From positions 216,020 to 280,019 of IMG/VR virus record IMGVR_UViG_3300042402_002641: a stretch of 64,000 nt of DNA. One strand, given 5' to 3'. Shown here one piece after another: positions 30,756-39,350 of this stretch. The translations under genes were made by a program, and so were the position numbers. Numbering within the stretch: the first letter of the stretch is position 1; every line of letters starts with the position of its first letter. The notes under the pieces were generated by a model. That model saw only the letters and a program-made list of their open reading frames with translations. It ran no database searches and was not told the origin of the DNA.

Positions 30756-31749
30756 TTCGTTCTCCAATTAGATACCTCGCATTCAATGGCTCCGAATAAC
30801 TTGCAGCTTGATCAGATATCTTCTTGAGATCATACAGTCCGCAGAATTTCATTAATCTAAGACCAACCTGACTGATATTTTTATCTGCACTGGTAGCCTT
30901 GGCAATGGTCTCTGAAATTATGGCCTTGATGTCATCGGGCTGATGACTGAGGTCAATCAATCTACGATTGCGTTCATAATCTTCTAGGACTCTGTGTTCT
31001 TTGCCTTCGTGATCAGTCCATCTCTGTAGCATGAGATTGTTCCACGCATATCCTTTGCTGCCACGATCTTCGAACGCTTCACTGAGACCCACTTTTTTGC
31101 TTGTGCCTTTAGTACGCACACCTGGATACGCTGAGAAGACATTATCACTGGTATCACCACGCATACATTTTTCGAATAAGAGCCATTCTGGATTCGGTGC
31201 TGGCTTGGGCTCTTGTGTTTTCTTGTCAATGATTCTTTTGCCTTTGTCATCGAAGATTCCTTCATGTGTGATTACATGTTCCATAACGCCGTTGTACTGT
31301 GTGACATTGGGTGCGATCAATTGTACAAAATCTGTGTCAGTACTGATAATCACATGTTTATCATTTGGATGACTCTGTATCCAGCCTGCGATTAAATCAT
31401 CTGCTTCTAGCTGTGGGTTCTGCATAACCGTGCAGTTTGTTTTGTCTGTGATAAACTCTTTGAACGTGTCAAAGGCTTCCCAAAACACACGATCTTCTTC
31501 TGCTTCTTTTTCTGTGTGAGCTGCACGAGCATCTGAACGATTACGCTTGTAGGGTGCATAATAATCTTTGCGCCATGATCTACCTTCTAAACAGAAAATG
31601 ACATGACTGCCGTTGAACTGCTGCCATGCTTTGCGAATTGAATTAAGGGTGATATGAAAGGCCATGCCTAGTTTGATATCAGCATCACCGTTGATCACGT
31701 GACGAGCACGGAAAAATGTATTTGCTGTATCAACTAAAATATAGGTCAT
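30748..31749 (-). CDS. rnh: T4-type RNase H / 5'-3' flap exonuclease
   Basis: 'ILVDTAN', 'EADDLIA', 'ISTDTDFVQL' and 'GDTSDNV...PGV' acidic PIN/FEN motifs. Confidence 0.85.
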   Translation of the reverse strand: MTYILVDTANTFFRARHVINGDADIKLGMAFHITLNSIRKAWQQFNGSHVIFCLEGRSWRKDYYAPYKRNRSDARAAHTEKEAEEDRVFWEAFDTFKEFITDKTNCTVMQNPQLEADDLIAGWIQSHPNDKHVIISTDTDFVQLIAPNVTQYNGVMEHVITHEGIFDDKGKRIIDKKTQEPKPAPNPEWLLFEKCMRGDTSDNVFSAYPGVRTKGTSKKVGLSEAFEDRGSKGYAWNNLMLQRWTDHEGKEHRVLEDYERNRRLIDLSHQPDDIKAIISETIAKATSADKNISQVGLRLMKFCGLYDLKKISDQAASYSEPLNARYLIGERND

Positions 31750-32183
31750 TGATTTGTCTTCTTCACTGTTTTAATGTCTATAACACCTGTGTTTACAGGG
31801 CCGCCAAAATCACCATCTACCACAACATTTGCACAAAGTTCACGGAACCAACGATCTACAATTTCTTCTTCTTTGTCACCATCTTCACCGTATCCCTCTT
31901 GCTTTAATTGTAGCACAAATTGGTCATTCCAGTCAAGCTCAAAAAAGCCATTTCGTATGTTATCTTTATTGACATGGGTGTTTATCACACCAACCCATGC
32001 TTCTTTGCGTCTAGTAGCACGTTCTTTCGGCGAGAGTTTAGCAGTTTCTTCTGCTTGTTCGGCAGTTTTAGATGCAGCCTCAGCCGCAGCCAACCTGTTG
32101 TTGGCTTCTGCCAAATCCAGTTCAGCTTTTTGGATAGAAGCTTCTAGTTTATCCAGCCCAAATAGTTTTTTAATTATTTTCAT
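31746..32183 (-). CDS. Hypothetical protein
   Basis: Start MKIIKKLFG overlaps the queE stop (TAATG). Contains 'GFFELDWN'. Confidence 0.65.
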   Translation of the reverse strand: MKIIKKLFGLDKLEASIQKAELDLAEANNRLAAAEAASKTAEQAEETAKLSPKERATRRKEAWVGVINTHVNKDNIRNGFFELDWNDQFVLQLKQEGYGEDGDKEEEIVDRWFRELCANVVVDGDFGGPVNTGVIDIKTVKKTNQ

Positions 32184-33037
32184 TAAGTACCCCATTCATT
32201 CTTAAACAGTGGCACCTGTAATCTGTCTGAATATCTCAGTCCATGTTTCATTGCCAGTTCTGCTACTCTGCGGTTATTCAGTGTGTATACACTTTCAACT
32301 CCGCCCACAGGCATGAGATAAACATTACCGGTGAAACCTTCTGCACGATAGATATCCACAGCTTCTAGAGCTTCTTCTGCATCATCCTCAGTGGCCACTA
32401 CTAGTTTGAGATATACATGACCAGCTTCTTGATATTCACAGACTATGTCTGGGCGTATGGCTTCACTGGGTTGTTCTCCTGAACAACTGAGTTTGGCACT
32501 GACTGAGAATGTGATTTCTCTACTGGCAAAAGGAGGGTTCTGTGACCATTCTTGCAGATATTTTTTAAACTCCGGAGTTAGATTTTGAGTGCCGTTGGTC
32601 TCAAAAGTAATTTCTTTAAGACCTGTCATACTCGGATGATTCAACAGATCCGGATAAGCACGTTGCCAACCTAACAACGGTTCGCCACCAGTGATTACAA
32701 GATGTTCATCTTCCCATTTATTATATGGCAAGATCTCACATATTCTTTCTGCGATGGCGTCTGATGTAAGCATTGGTGAAAGGTCTTTAAAACGTGGATC
32801 CCAACTAGCATAACTGTCGCAGCCAGTAGAAACCAATGGTAATTCTTCGTAAGTTTTAAAAGAATGTATCTGAGCCGCAATCGTTTCAACCTCATTGCTA
32901 GATTCACCTTTGGGCATACCAAACCCTGCACATTTGAAATTACAGCCAAATGTACGAAGGAATACACTGGGCACACCCATATATCTGCCTTCACCTTGTA
33001 TGCTGTAAAAAAGTTCTGCTATTTTTAATTTACTCAT
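32183..33037 (-). CDS. queE: 7-carboxy-7-deazaguanine synthase (radical SAM)
   Basis: 'ELFYSIQGEG..MG.PSVFLRTFGCNFKC...CDS', 'ITGGEPL', 'ETNG' and 'SAKL'. Confidence 0.9.
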   Translation of the reverse strand: MSKLKIAELFYSIQGEGRYMGVPSVFLRTFGCNFKCAGFGMPKGESSNEVETIAAQIHSFKTYEELPLVSTGCDSYASWDPRFKDLSPMLTSDAIAERICEILPYNKWEDEHLVITGGEPLLGWQRAYPDLLNHPSMTGLKEITFETNGTQNLTPEFKKYLQEWSQNPPFASREITFSVSAKLSCSGEQPSEAIRPDIVCEYQEAGHVYLKLVVATEDDAEEALEAVDIYRAEGFTGNVYLMPVGGVESVYTLNNRRVAELAMKHGLRYSDRLQVPLFKNEWGT

Positions 33038-33215
33038 CGTTTATTATACCACTTTTTATAAATGTTGTCAAGTCTTCCTTGACCAATTGCCAAGATCCAT
33101 CGTGTCGATCAATCCAATGTAGGCAATCACCTTCTCGCCATCCTGCAGCATCTAAAAGATCCTGCGGCAACGATATTATACCGCCTTCTTCCACTGTTAG
33201 TGTCCATGTTTGCAT
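33030..33215 (-). CDS. AbrB/MazE/SpoVT-family DNA-binding protein
   Basis: 'ISLPQDLLDAAGWREGD.L.W' swapped-hairpin signature. Confidence 0.7.
   Translation of the reverse strand: MQTWTLTVEEGGIISLPQDLLDAAGWREGDCLHWIDRHDGSWQLVKEDLTTFIKSGIINDE
33043..33071 (-). promoter_or_regulatory. Sigma70 promoter TTGACA-N17-TATAAT (queE, leaderless)
   Basis: Perfect consensus. The -10 element ends 5 nt before the ATG. Confidence 0.8.
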
Positions 33216-33216
33216 T

Positions 33217-33423
33217 TTATATATACCTATCTTTGGATTCTGTTTCTTGATTCAATCTACGCCATTCTTCTATTCTTAGTCTAGCACATTCTTGTTTGAC
33301 TTCTATGGGATAGTCTGGATGCCAATGCGCATCTCTGCAGTCGTAGACTCTGCCTTCGGGTCGATATCGCACCAGCACTACAATCAACACAATCATGATA
33401 CAGATATAGACAAAATGTTTCAT
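33217..33423 (-). CDS. Small membrane-anchored hypothetical protein
   Basis: N-terminal hydrophobic helix and an ATGA overlap. Confidence 0.6.
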   Translation of the reverse strand: MKHFVYICIMIVLIVVLVRYRPEGRVYDCRDAHWHPDYPIEVKQECARLRIEEWRRLNQETESKDRYI

Positions 33424-33614
33424 ATTTTATCGCTGATCATTATTTTACACATCAATGCATCTCGATCATCAGTGAAATCAAAATGCATGTGATCCGCAGT
33501 GATCTCAGTGACATACTTATCCCCTGGCAGACCGAAATGCTCTAAAATATTCGCACAGGTTTCATTCCACCATGTGTTGGATTGATTTTTCCAAGGCACA
33601 GTGATCCTAGTCAT
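33420..33614 (-). CDS. Hypothetical protein
   Basis: 64 aa with ATGA overlaps. Confidence 0.6.
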   Translation of the reverse strand: MTRITVPWKNQSNTWWNETCANILEHFGLPGDKYVTEITADHMHFDFTDDRDALMCKIMISDKI

Positions 33615-34003
33615 TTGCGATAGTTGCCCTTTTCCGGTATCACATGTCGCACACCGCCTGTAGGATCTGGCATGTCGCCCTTGCGTCTAGGGATCAAATG
33701 CACATGTGGCCAGCTACAGGTCTGTCCAGCGGCTTCACCTACATTCATTCCAAGATTAAACCCATCCCATTCGTGATCGAGTAGTTTTCTTTCTCCGTGT
33801 CTGATAGCACTGGCCACAGCATCATTCATCACAGCAATGGTATTATATTTAGGCACGAATAATAAATGTCCTTCAGTCACGGGATACATATCACGAAATA
33901 TTTTAACATGATAATCTTCGTCGACAAGTTCAGTCCAAGGAGCACCTTTTGAATCTTCGATACAGTCAGTTTCCCAAGGTATCATTTTTGCTAGGTCGTT
34001 CAC
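33611..34003 (-). CDS. HIT-family nucleotide hydrolase
   Basis: 'D.YPVTEGHLLFVPK' and 'N.GEAAGQT..WPHVHLIPRR.GD'. Confidence 0.85.
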   Translation of the reverse strand: MNDLAKMIPWETDCIEDSKGAPWTELVDEDYHVKIFRDMYPVTEGHLLFVPKYNTIAVMNDAVASAIRHGERKLLDHEWDGFNLGMNVGEAAGQTCSWPHVHLIPRRKGDMPDPTGGVRHVIPEKGNYRK

Positions 34004-34227
34004 CTTTTAAACTCCTTGCGTTCTTGAGGTAAATCATCTTCTTTGATAACAAATTCTCTACCGCCTATACTACCAGCAAATGCTCGTGTTCGTTCTAAGT
34101 ACGACAATCTAATTTTCACTGTCTGAAAAGCCACTTCTAAAAACGCCTTGGGTTTATACCCTATTACATGCATGTCAAAACTCTTACCTGCGTCTGTGCA
34201 GTGTACTTTCACCAGCGCATCAATCAT
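34000..34227 (-). CDS. Hypothetical protein
   Basis: Start refined to MIDALVK (ATGA overlap). Confidence 0.55.
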   Translation of the reverse strand: MIDALVKVHCTDAGKSFDMHVIGYKPKAFLEVAFQTVKIRLSYLERTRAFAGSIGGREFVIKEDDLPQERKEFKR

Positions 34228-34811
34228 TTCGTCCACCAATCTTCCCAGGGAAAGTCCACCCAAACAGGATCTTCGGCCTTGTTTATTTCCATCCCTACGT
34301 AATCCATTTTGACGTCACAGGCACTGGCTAAGTTATCTACTAGCACAGCAAATCGAACATTGTTGTTCCAGACTTCGTCCCAGCTAGGATCGTCCGGAAA
34401 ACACCCACTCTTCCAATCGTTCATGATCCAATTTAATGTTGTGCCTTGGTCATTGATATCGTCAACTATAAGTATATTCTTATACGTACCACCGTTTTCT
34501 AGTAGATCACTAGCAGCTGATAGTATTCCTGCTATATCATTTTCATCATTGACAAATCTATTTCTAGAATTAGGACCTAGAGCATCCTCGGCCATCCAAA
34601 GATTACTTTCTCCACTTTCACTATCACGTAGGCTTACGTTAAGAGTATGCATGGGCACATTGAGATAATGACTGAGATACAGTGCTGGTACTAGTCCTCC
34701 TCTCACTATGCCCACTATGTAATCAGGTTTCCAACCGCTGATAAAGATAGTGCGGCCAATATTAGCTATTAGTGACTGAATTTCATGCTGACTGATTTTG
34801 AGTTTTTTCAT
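34224..34811 (-). CDS. Type I phosphoribosyltransferase (purine/xanthine-guanine PRT-like)
   Basis: 'IVGIVRGGLVPA', PRPP loop 'ILIVDDINDQGTT', and 'WVDFPWE'. AGGAG SD. Confidence 0.85.
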   Translation of the reverse strand: MKKLKISQHEIQSLIANIGRTIFISGWKPDYIVGIVRGGLVPALYLSHYLNVPMHTLNVSLRDSESGESNLWMAEDALGPNSRNRFVNDENDIAGILSAASDLLENGGTYKNILIVDDINDQGTTLNWIMNDWKSGCFPDDPSWDEVWNNNVRFAVLVDNLASACDVKMDYVGMEINKAEDPVWVDFPWEDWWTK

Positions 34812-35253
34812 ATCTCTCCTTGAGGTACTGCTCATGTTGTATCCATTGATCGTTGACTAGAAATCCCCATTCACGACGATGAGGACCAGGCATAAACAGA
34901 GTCCAGGCCGTAACGCCTGGTTTTAATTCAATCCGGTGATAACTATTAGAACCACAAATACGAAAATGACCTGGACCTCGCCACTTCTGTATCTCGCCAA
35001 GCATTTTACCGTCTTTACCAAATTCCGGAACCCATTCATAATATCCGCCCTTCAAAATCAATGTGGCATAGGACCAAGGATGATCATGCACATCATCCGG
35101 ATCACCTTTGAGAAATTTGTGTAAAAATATATTAAAAGGAAAATGCTCACGTTCTTTCAAAAAGAGATAATACCTTACAAGGTAAGGTTCGTTGTGAACA
35201 CGATCATAAATGATGCGTTTACGACCTAATCTCTCAAGCAGTTTCAAAAACAT
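34783..35253 (-). CDS. Cupin-like protein
   Basis: 'HDHPW...ILKGGY.E ... YHRIEL' metal-binding cupin pattern. Confidence 0.6.
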   Translation of the reverse strand: MFLKLLERLGRKRIIYDRVHNEPYLVRYYLFLKEREHFPFNIFLHKFLKGDPDDVHDHPWSYATLILKGGYYEWVPEFGKDGKMLGEIQKWRGPGHFRICGSNSYHRIELKPGVTAWTLFMPGPHRREWGFLVNDQWIQHEQYLKERYEKTQNQSA

Positions 35254-35659
35254 CTCTTACCTCTTGGTCTAAATAACGGATTAATTCTTTATCAGTGGGT
35301 TCTACTGTGTAATTATGTTTAAAAAAGATCTCATAACTATCTGAACCATACTTACCAATGCCATATAACATTGTAGCATCATTTCCGTCCCAAGTCAAGT
35401 AGTCTTGACTCATTCCAATTAGTCTCTTGTAACGGACATTAACCATGCCTAGGGGCTGTATGATGCTTTTAACAAATTCTTCGTCGGCATTCAACAATGC
35501 ATGAGCATCAGGAAACCAATATAGAAATTCTGGCAGGCAGGTCTTTACAGGTTTTCGACTGGTTTGGTTAAGCATTATGACACCTACAAAGTGTTCCCAT
35601 GAATTTGAGATCTGTTGTTGCACCATTAGGTCATCACGCAAAGCTTTGAACCACATCAT
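35234..35659 (-). CDS. HhH-GPD base-excision DNA glycosylase-like protein (MBD4/EndoIII-like, no Fe-S cluster)
   Basis: 'W...VGVIMLNQT', 'IQPLGM...R..RL' and HhH 'LYGIGKYGSDSY.IF'. Confidence 0.75.
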   Translation of the reverse strand: MMWFKALRDDLMVQQQISNSWEHFVGVIMLNQTSRKPVKTCLPEFLYWFPDAHALLNADEEFVKSIIQPLGMVNVRYKRLIGMSQDYLTWDGNDATMLYGIGKYGSDSYEIFFKHNYTVEPTDKELIRYLDQEVRDVFETA

Positions 35660-35730
35660 CGTTTCCTTATTAGGATCCATAAGACTATGCCGATACCTAT
35701 GCCAACTATCATGCCTAGAGCAAATAACAT
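35656..35730 (-). CDS. 24-aa single-TM peptide (not in ORF track)
   Basis: MLFALGMIVGIGIGIVLWILIRKR*. Fills the gap exactly, with TAATG and ATGA overlaps. Confidence 0.55.
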   Translation of the reverse strand: MLFALGMIVGIGIGIVLWILIRKR

Positions 35731-35948
35731 TATTCTACCGCCTCACCGAACCAATCGTCGACCTGACGTTCAGCTTCTTGTTGTGTCATAGCATGTACAA
35801 ATATTCTTGCAGGCTTACCTACAGTGTGTTGAATGTTGAATTTGATGATACCTGCAGGAATAAGATTCCAATCTCGTTCTACAACAAACTCTTGTAGATG
35901 TTTCATTCTATGTATGAGGTTGTCAGATATATCTTTGGCTGTGTTCAT
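35730..35948 (-). CDS. Hypothetical protein
   Basis: Start refined to MNTAKD with GAGG SD. Confidence 0.6.
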   Translation of the reverse strand: MNTAKDISDNLIHRMKHLQEFVVERDWNLIPAGIIKFNIQHTVGKPARIFVHAMTQQEAERQVDDWFGEAVE

Positions 35949-36244
35949 TTTGACCTCTCGCTGGTGCACGAATCGTTCCATAGTGACTGTGCCTGTTTTT
36001 TATATTCGGATAATTCCCATTCATTTTTTTTAATTAAATAGTCATCTTCACTGAGTCCGTGCCATCCAATACATTTTCCGGTAGGCGATCGACCACAGCC
36101 GCATGTGCCAAATTCTGTTGGATCTTCTTTAACTCTTATCTGCATGTCTTTATCCTTTTTAAAAATTAAGTTCCACCGGTTATCAAATTCGTCCTGACTA
36201 ACACTGAATGGTCTTGCTTTAGATCCTTTTCCGCCGTCTCCCAT
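35945..36244 (-). CDS. CDGSH-like Fe-S/Zn-binding protein
   Basis: 'CGCGRSPTGKCIGWH' resembles the CDGSH CxCxxSxxxxCDGSH motif. Possible internal start at MQIRV. Confidence 0.6.
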   Translation of the reverse strand: MGDGGKGSKARPFSVSQDEFDNRWNLIFKKDKDMQIRVKEDPTEFGTCGCGRSPTGKCIGWHGLSEDDYLIKKNEWELSEYKKQAQSLWNDSCTSERSK

Positions 36245-36246
36245 AA

Positions 36247-36996
36247 TTACCTCGGCGAAAACTCTTGTTGCATCTTAATGTTGTCAAAGAATTCTTTCTT
36301 TGTGCTTTGGTCGTTTTTAAACGCACCTTTCAATACTGTAGTCTGTGTTAGACTAGAGTGTGCCATAATGCCACGATTTTCACAGCACCCGTGGGTGGCT
36401 TGAATATACACGCCTAGGTCTTTGGCTCCTGTGGCTTTTTCGATTTCTCTAGCAATGTCATTGCAAAGTTCCTCCTGGAGAGTACCTCGTCTTGCACACC
36501 ACTGGGCGATGCGTGTGTATTTGCTAAGTCCGATAAGTTTCTCAGCGGCAATAAGACCAATATAAGCAACGCCAGTAACGGGTTGGTGATGATGGCTACA
36601 CATACTGCGAAGCTCACTGCGAACAACCAGCATACCTTCGTAACGGTCCTCCGTATCATTTGGAAACGCTGTACAATCTGGTGCTGGTTCATATCTTCCC
36701 GCCATTATTTCATTAAAGTACATCTTAGCAAGCCTGCGGGCTGTGCCTTTGCTGTTAGGATCGTTTTCTCTATCAATCAACAGGGTGTCTAGCACTTGTT
36801 CAAATGCCTCTGTTGCTTCGTCGATTAGTTTTTCTATATCACCTTCGTGTAAATAGTCGCTGATATTATCACCTGCCCAGAAACGCTTGCCTTCACGTTT
36901 CATTTTAAAGCGAATGTGATCACCCAAGTAAGCTTCTTGATACCCACCATCGCCTGCCATTGCGTCTAGTGCTGTTTCTTGTTTTTTTAATTTCAA
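36247..36996 (-). CDS. folE: GTP cyclohydrolase I
   Basis: 'SMCSHH', 'IGLSK..RI.....RR..LQEEL' and 'H.C...RG'. TTG start with GGAG SD. Confidence 0.92.
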   Translation of the reverse strand: MKLKKQETALDAMAGDGGYQEAYLGDHIRFKMKREGKRFWAGDNISDYLHEGDIEKLIDEATEAFEQVLDTLLIDRENDPNSKGTARRLAKMYFNEIMAGRYEPAPDCTAFPNDTEDRYEGMLVVRSELRSMCSHHHQPVTGVAYIGLIAAEKLIGLSKYTRIAQWCARRGTLQEELCNDIAREIEKATGAKDLGVYIQATHGCCENRGIMAHSSLTQTTVLKGAFKNDQSTKKEFFDNIKMQQEFSPR

Positions 36997-37034
36997 TTAT
37001 ATTCTCCGAGTTAATGTCGTGGATGACATATGTA

Positions 37035-38111
37035 TTATTTTAACTTCTCTAGCAGGTTATTGCAACTAAAAAAGTTTCCTGTTAATGTATCTACTTGTTT
37101 ATTTAGGCTAGGTAGTCGAGTTCTGTAATTTTCCATATGTTCTATAATTGTTTTACAGATGTTCGGGCGATACACAGTATAAGCCTCAAATGATTCAGTC
37201 CACTCACTAGGGTACTTAAAGGTATCAAAAGCCATCTCACTGTAGCTTAAACGATCTGGCACCATAGGAATAGCATCTACTAATGCACCTTCGTACCAAC
37301 TGATGCCAAGTGTTTCTTGTAGGTTGGCACTGAACACCATCTTTGCTTCGCCTAATAAGTTGTGATATTCATTCTTTGTGAGTTGTTGATCTTGACAAAC
37401 AACAAATTCATATTGTGGCAAATGATGTTTTAAATCTCTAAAAATTTCAACCTGCTTCTCAGGAGCGATACGATGCGGAAAAAGAATAAGATCACGCTTG
37501 GACATATTCTTGTACATTGCTAGAGTATCAGGCATATACTCCATTGGCCAGCCTGAGCGTACTATTTTGCCTTTATTAATATATGAAAGTTTTGCTGTTT
37601 CATAATCTATACTTAACAAATTGTGAACAAACATATCAATATGAAAGTCTGTAGCAAAGTAGTTGTGATCAAATGCGTGAAAGAATGACTTCTCGGCATT
37701 TCTAACCCAGGGCTTATCACCTACAAGACGTCCTAGAAAGTCTTGTGGATCATATGAACCGGCATGCCAAAGTCCATGTGTGACTACTGGAATGCCCAGC
37801 AACTCACTCATGTACTTTAAGTTTATAATGCCCGGATGCCAAGCGTCAGTAAAAATAAAGTGGTCGCCAGGATGAACGGACCCGTTACAAAACAGTCGAC
37901 CTAGTTGTTCTACTTGACTGGCTTTGTATATGTTAGTGCCACCGAAGTTAAGAAAAGCGCCAGGAGTAGTGGCTGTAGGAATATCCGTAGGACCAGAAAT
38001 AACATGAACGTCATGTCCTGCCTTTCGTAAGAGACTAGGTACATGAGCCTTCCACTGGCCCGTGTACCTTGTTTCTACAGCTTCTAGATCAACGAGAAAA
38101 ACGCGGCTCAT
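37035..38111 (-). CDS. GT-B (GT4-like) glycosyltransferase
   Basis: 'FPHRIAPEKQ' and 'ETLGISWYEG' (EX7E) motifs, with two Rossmann-like halves. Confidence 0.75.
   Translation of the reverse strand: MSRVFLVDLEAVETRYTGQWKAHVPSLLRKAGHDVHVISGPTDIPTATTPGAFLNFGGTNIYKASQVEQLGRLFCNGSVHPGDHFIFTDAWHPGIINLKYMSELLGIPVVTHGLWHAGSYDPQDFLGRLVGDKPWVRNAEKSFFHAFDHNYFATDFHIDMFVHNLLSIDYETAKLSYINKGKIVRSGWPMEYMPDTLAMYKNMSKRDLILFPHRIAPEKQVEIFRDLKHHLPQYEFVVCQDQQLTKNEYHNLLGEAKMVFSANLQETLGISWYEGALVDAIPMVPDRLSYSEMAFDTFKYPSEWTESFEAYTVYRPNICKTIIEHMENYRTRLPSLNKQVDTLTGNFFSCNNLLEKLK
37037..37065 (-). promoter_or_regulatory. Sigma70 promoter TTGCAA-N17-TAAAAT (folE)
   Basis: 17-nt spacer. Embedded in the 3' end of the upstream GT gene. 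Confidence 0.6.
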
Positions 38112-38346
38112 TGTTGTGTCTAGGCCTGTTGTTATCCCACCGAGGTTTATTGCCTTGATATGGTTTTCTAGGACGCTTGCTGGCTAAGAAAGCACCGTAG
38201 TTTACAGAATCTTTGCGATAAAGATCTGCTGGATTAAAATCACACAGCTCTAGTCTGCACCAATCGTGGTAGGCTTCAAGATCCTCCCACACCTTTACGA
38301 CATCAGGACGACTTTCGAAGTACTTATAGTCCTTGTAGTTTTTCAT
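38089..38346 (-). CDS. Hypothetical protein
   Basis: Start MKNYKDY with AAGGA SD. Basic C-terminal tail. Confidence 0.6.
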   Translation of the reverse strand: MKNYKDYKYFESRPDVVKVWEDLEAYHDWCRLELCDFNPADLYRKDSVNYGAFLASKRPRKPYQGNKPRWDNNRPRHNNEPRFSR

Positions 38347-38356
38347 CTTTGTTCCT

Positions 38357-38752
38357 TTAATATTTGATGAACGACCCGTTTTCTCCGTCTTCGGAGACCT
38401 CAATCCAGATCTCACGACCTGGATACTTCAGTGCGATGATGTTGTGTAATTCATCAGACATCATCTCACAGCTCTTATGATCAAGACTCAAAACTGAACC
38501 TTGACCCATATACAACGCTTCAAGCCATCGCTTGAATTGGATGAATTCAATGTCCCTGTCATTGTGGAGCACAGAGATCCACACCCTGAAATGAAAGATG
38601 TGACGATGAGGATTGGCCAAAAACGAAACATCATATTCATCTCCTGTGGCTAGATTAGGGTCTGTGGCAGCTGCTGGGTAGCAGTGAATGCCTTCTTTAC
38701 GGAATGTGACCCAGATCATTTTATTAGGTCGTTGGTCTTGACGGATAATCAT
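38357..38752 (-). CDS. QueD-like T-fold protein with LxxxHRHxF motif (DpdL-like)
   Basis: 'EGIH', 'LANPHRHIFHF', 'KSCEMM' and 'IEVSED'. Lacks the QueD CxxxHGH cysteine. Confidence 0.65.
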   Translation of the reverse strand: MIIRQDQRPNKMIWVTFRKEGIHCYPAAATDPNLATGDEYDVSFLANPHRHIFHFRVWISVLHNDRDIEFIQFKRWLEALYMGQGSVLSLDHKSCEMMSDELHNIIALKYPGREIWIEVSEDGENGSFIKY

Positions 38753-38976
38753 ATTGACATTAATCCTTGGCAAAGAGTTTTGATTTCATCTCTAGTCATA
38801 TGAAAATTATATGAACTGGAGTCTGTGACAGAGCCTTTGTCATCGAGACATTCTTGAATTATATCTACTGCCAACAGTCCTTTAGGACTCACTGATTCCC
38901 AGGATTCTACACGAACTTTGAAAGCCGGAGTTTGTTTCACAGTGATATGTTTTACATTTAAACTGGAGTGTTTCAT
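38749..38976 (-). CDS. Hypothetical protein
   Basis: 75 aa, overlapping its neighbours. Confidence 0.55.
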   Translation of the reverse strand: MKHSSLNVKHITVKQTPAFKVRVESWESVSPKGLLAVDIIQECLDDKGSVTDSSSYNFHMTRDEIKTLCQGLMSI

Positions 38977-39350
38977 CTTAGTTGTTCCATTGTTATAATT
39001 TTTGCTAATTCTTCACCTAGATCTTTGTCTTCAGTAACTACATGAAGACTGTGTCGATTCTCATCGCTCTTACGATCGTACTTGGTGGTTTCTACAATAG
39101 TACCGCCGCTGGCACTAAAAACTTGTAAGCGGAAACCTCGGGAATGGAGGTCAACACTTTCACTGTCCTCAGCGTATGCTAGCTCGCAGTCGTCATTGTC
39201 TTTCATTAGCCAGTTTCGAATTCGTTCTTTAATTGATAATTTCATAGTTGTTGTCTGAATTGGCCTTGCACGTTTAATTTGATTTGCACCGGTAATTCTA
39301 GGAAGTCGTCTTTGACTAGCTGTCGATGCTACTGCGTATCCACCACTCAT
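38973..39350 (-). CDS. Hypothetical protein
   Basis: 125 aa, overlapping its neighbours. Confidence 0.6.
   Translation of the reverse strand: MSGGYAVASTASQRRLPRITGANQIKRARPIQTTTMKLSIKERIRNWLMKDNDDCELAYAEDSESVDLHSRGFRLQVFSASGGTIVETTKYDRKSDENRHSLHVVTEDKDLGEELAKIITMEQLR

Noticed and set aside
36997-37031. Calling the folE leader a preQ1-I or THF-II riboswitch
   Set aside because: Loop length and sequence do not match the consensus as I remember them. Kept only as a candidate structure.
38357-38752. Naming this gene queD
   Set aside because: It lacks the CxxxHGH signature and has LxxxHRHxF instead, so it is called QueD-like only.
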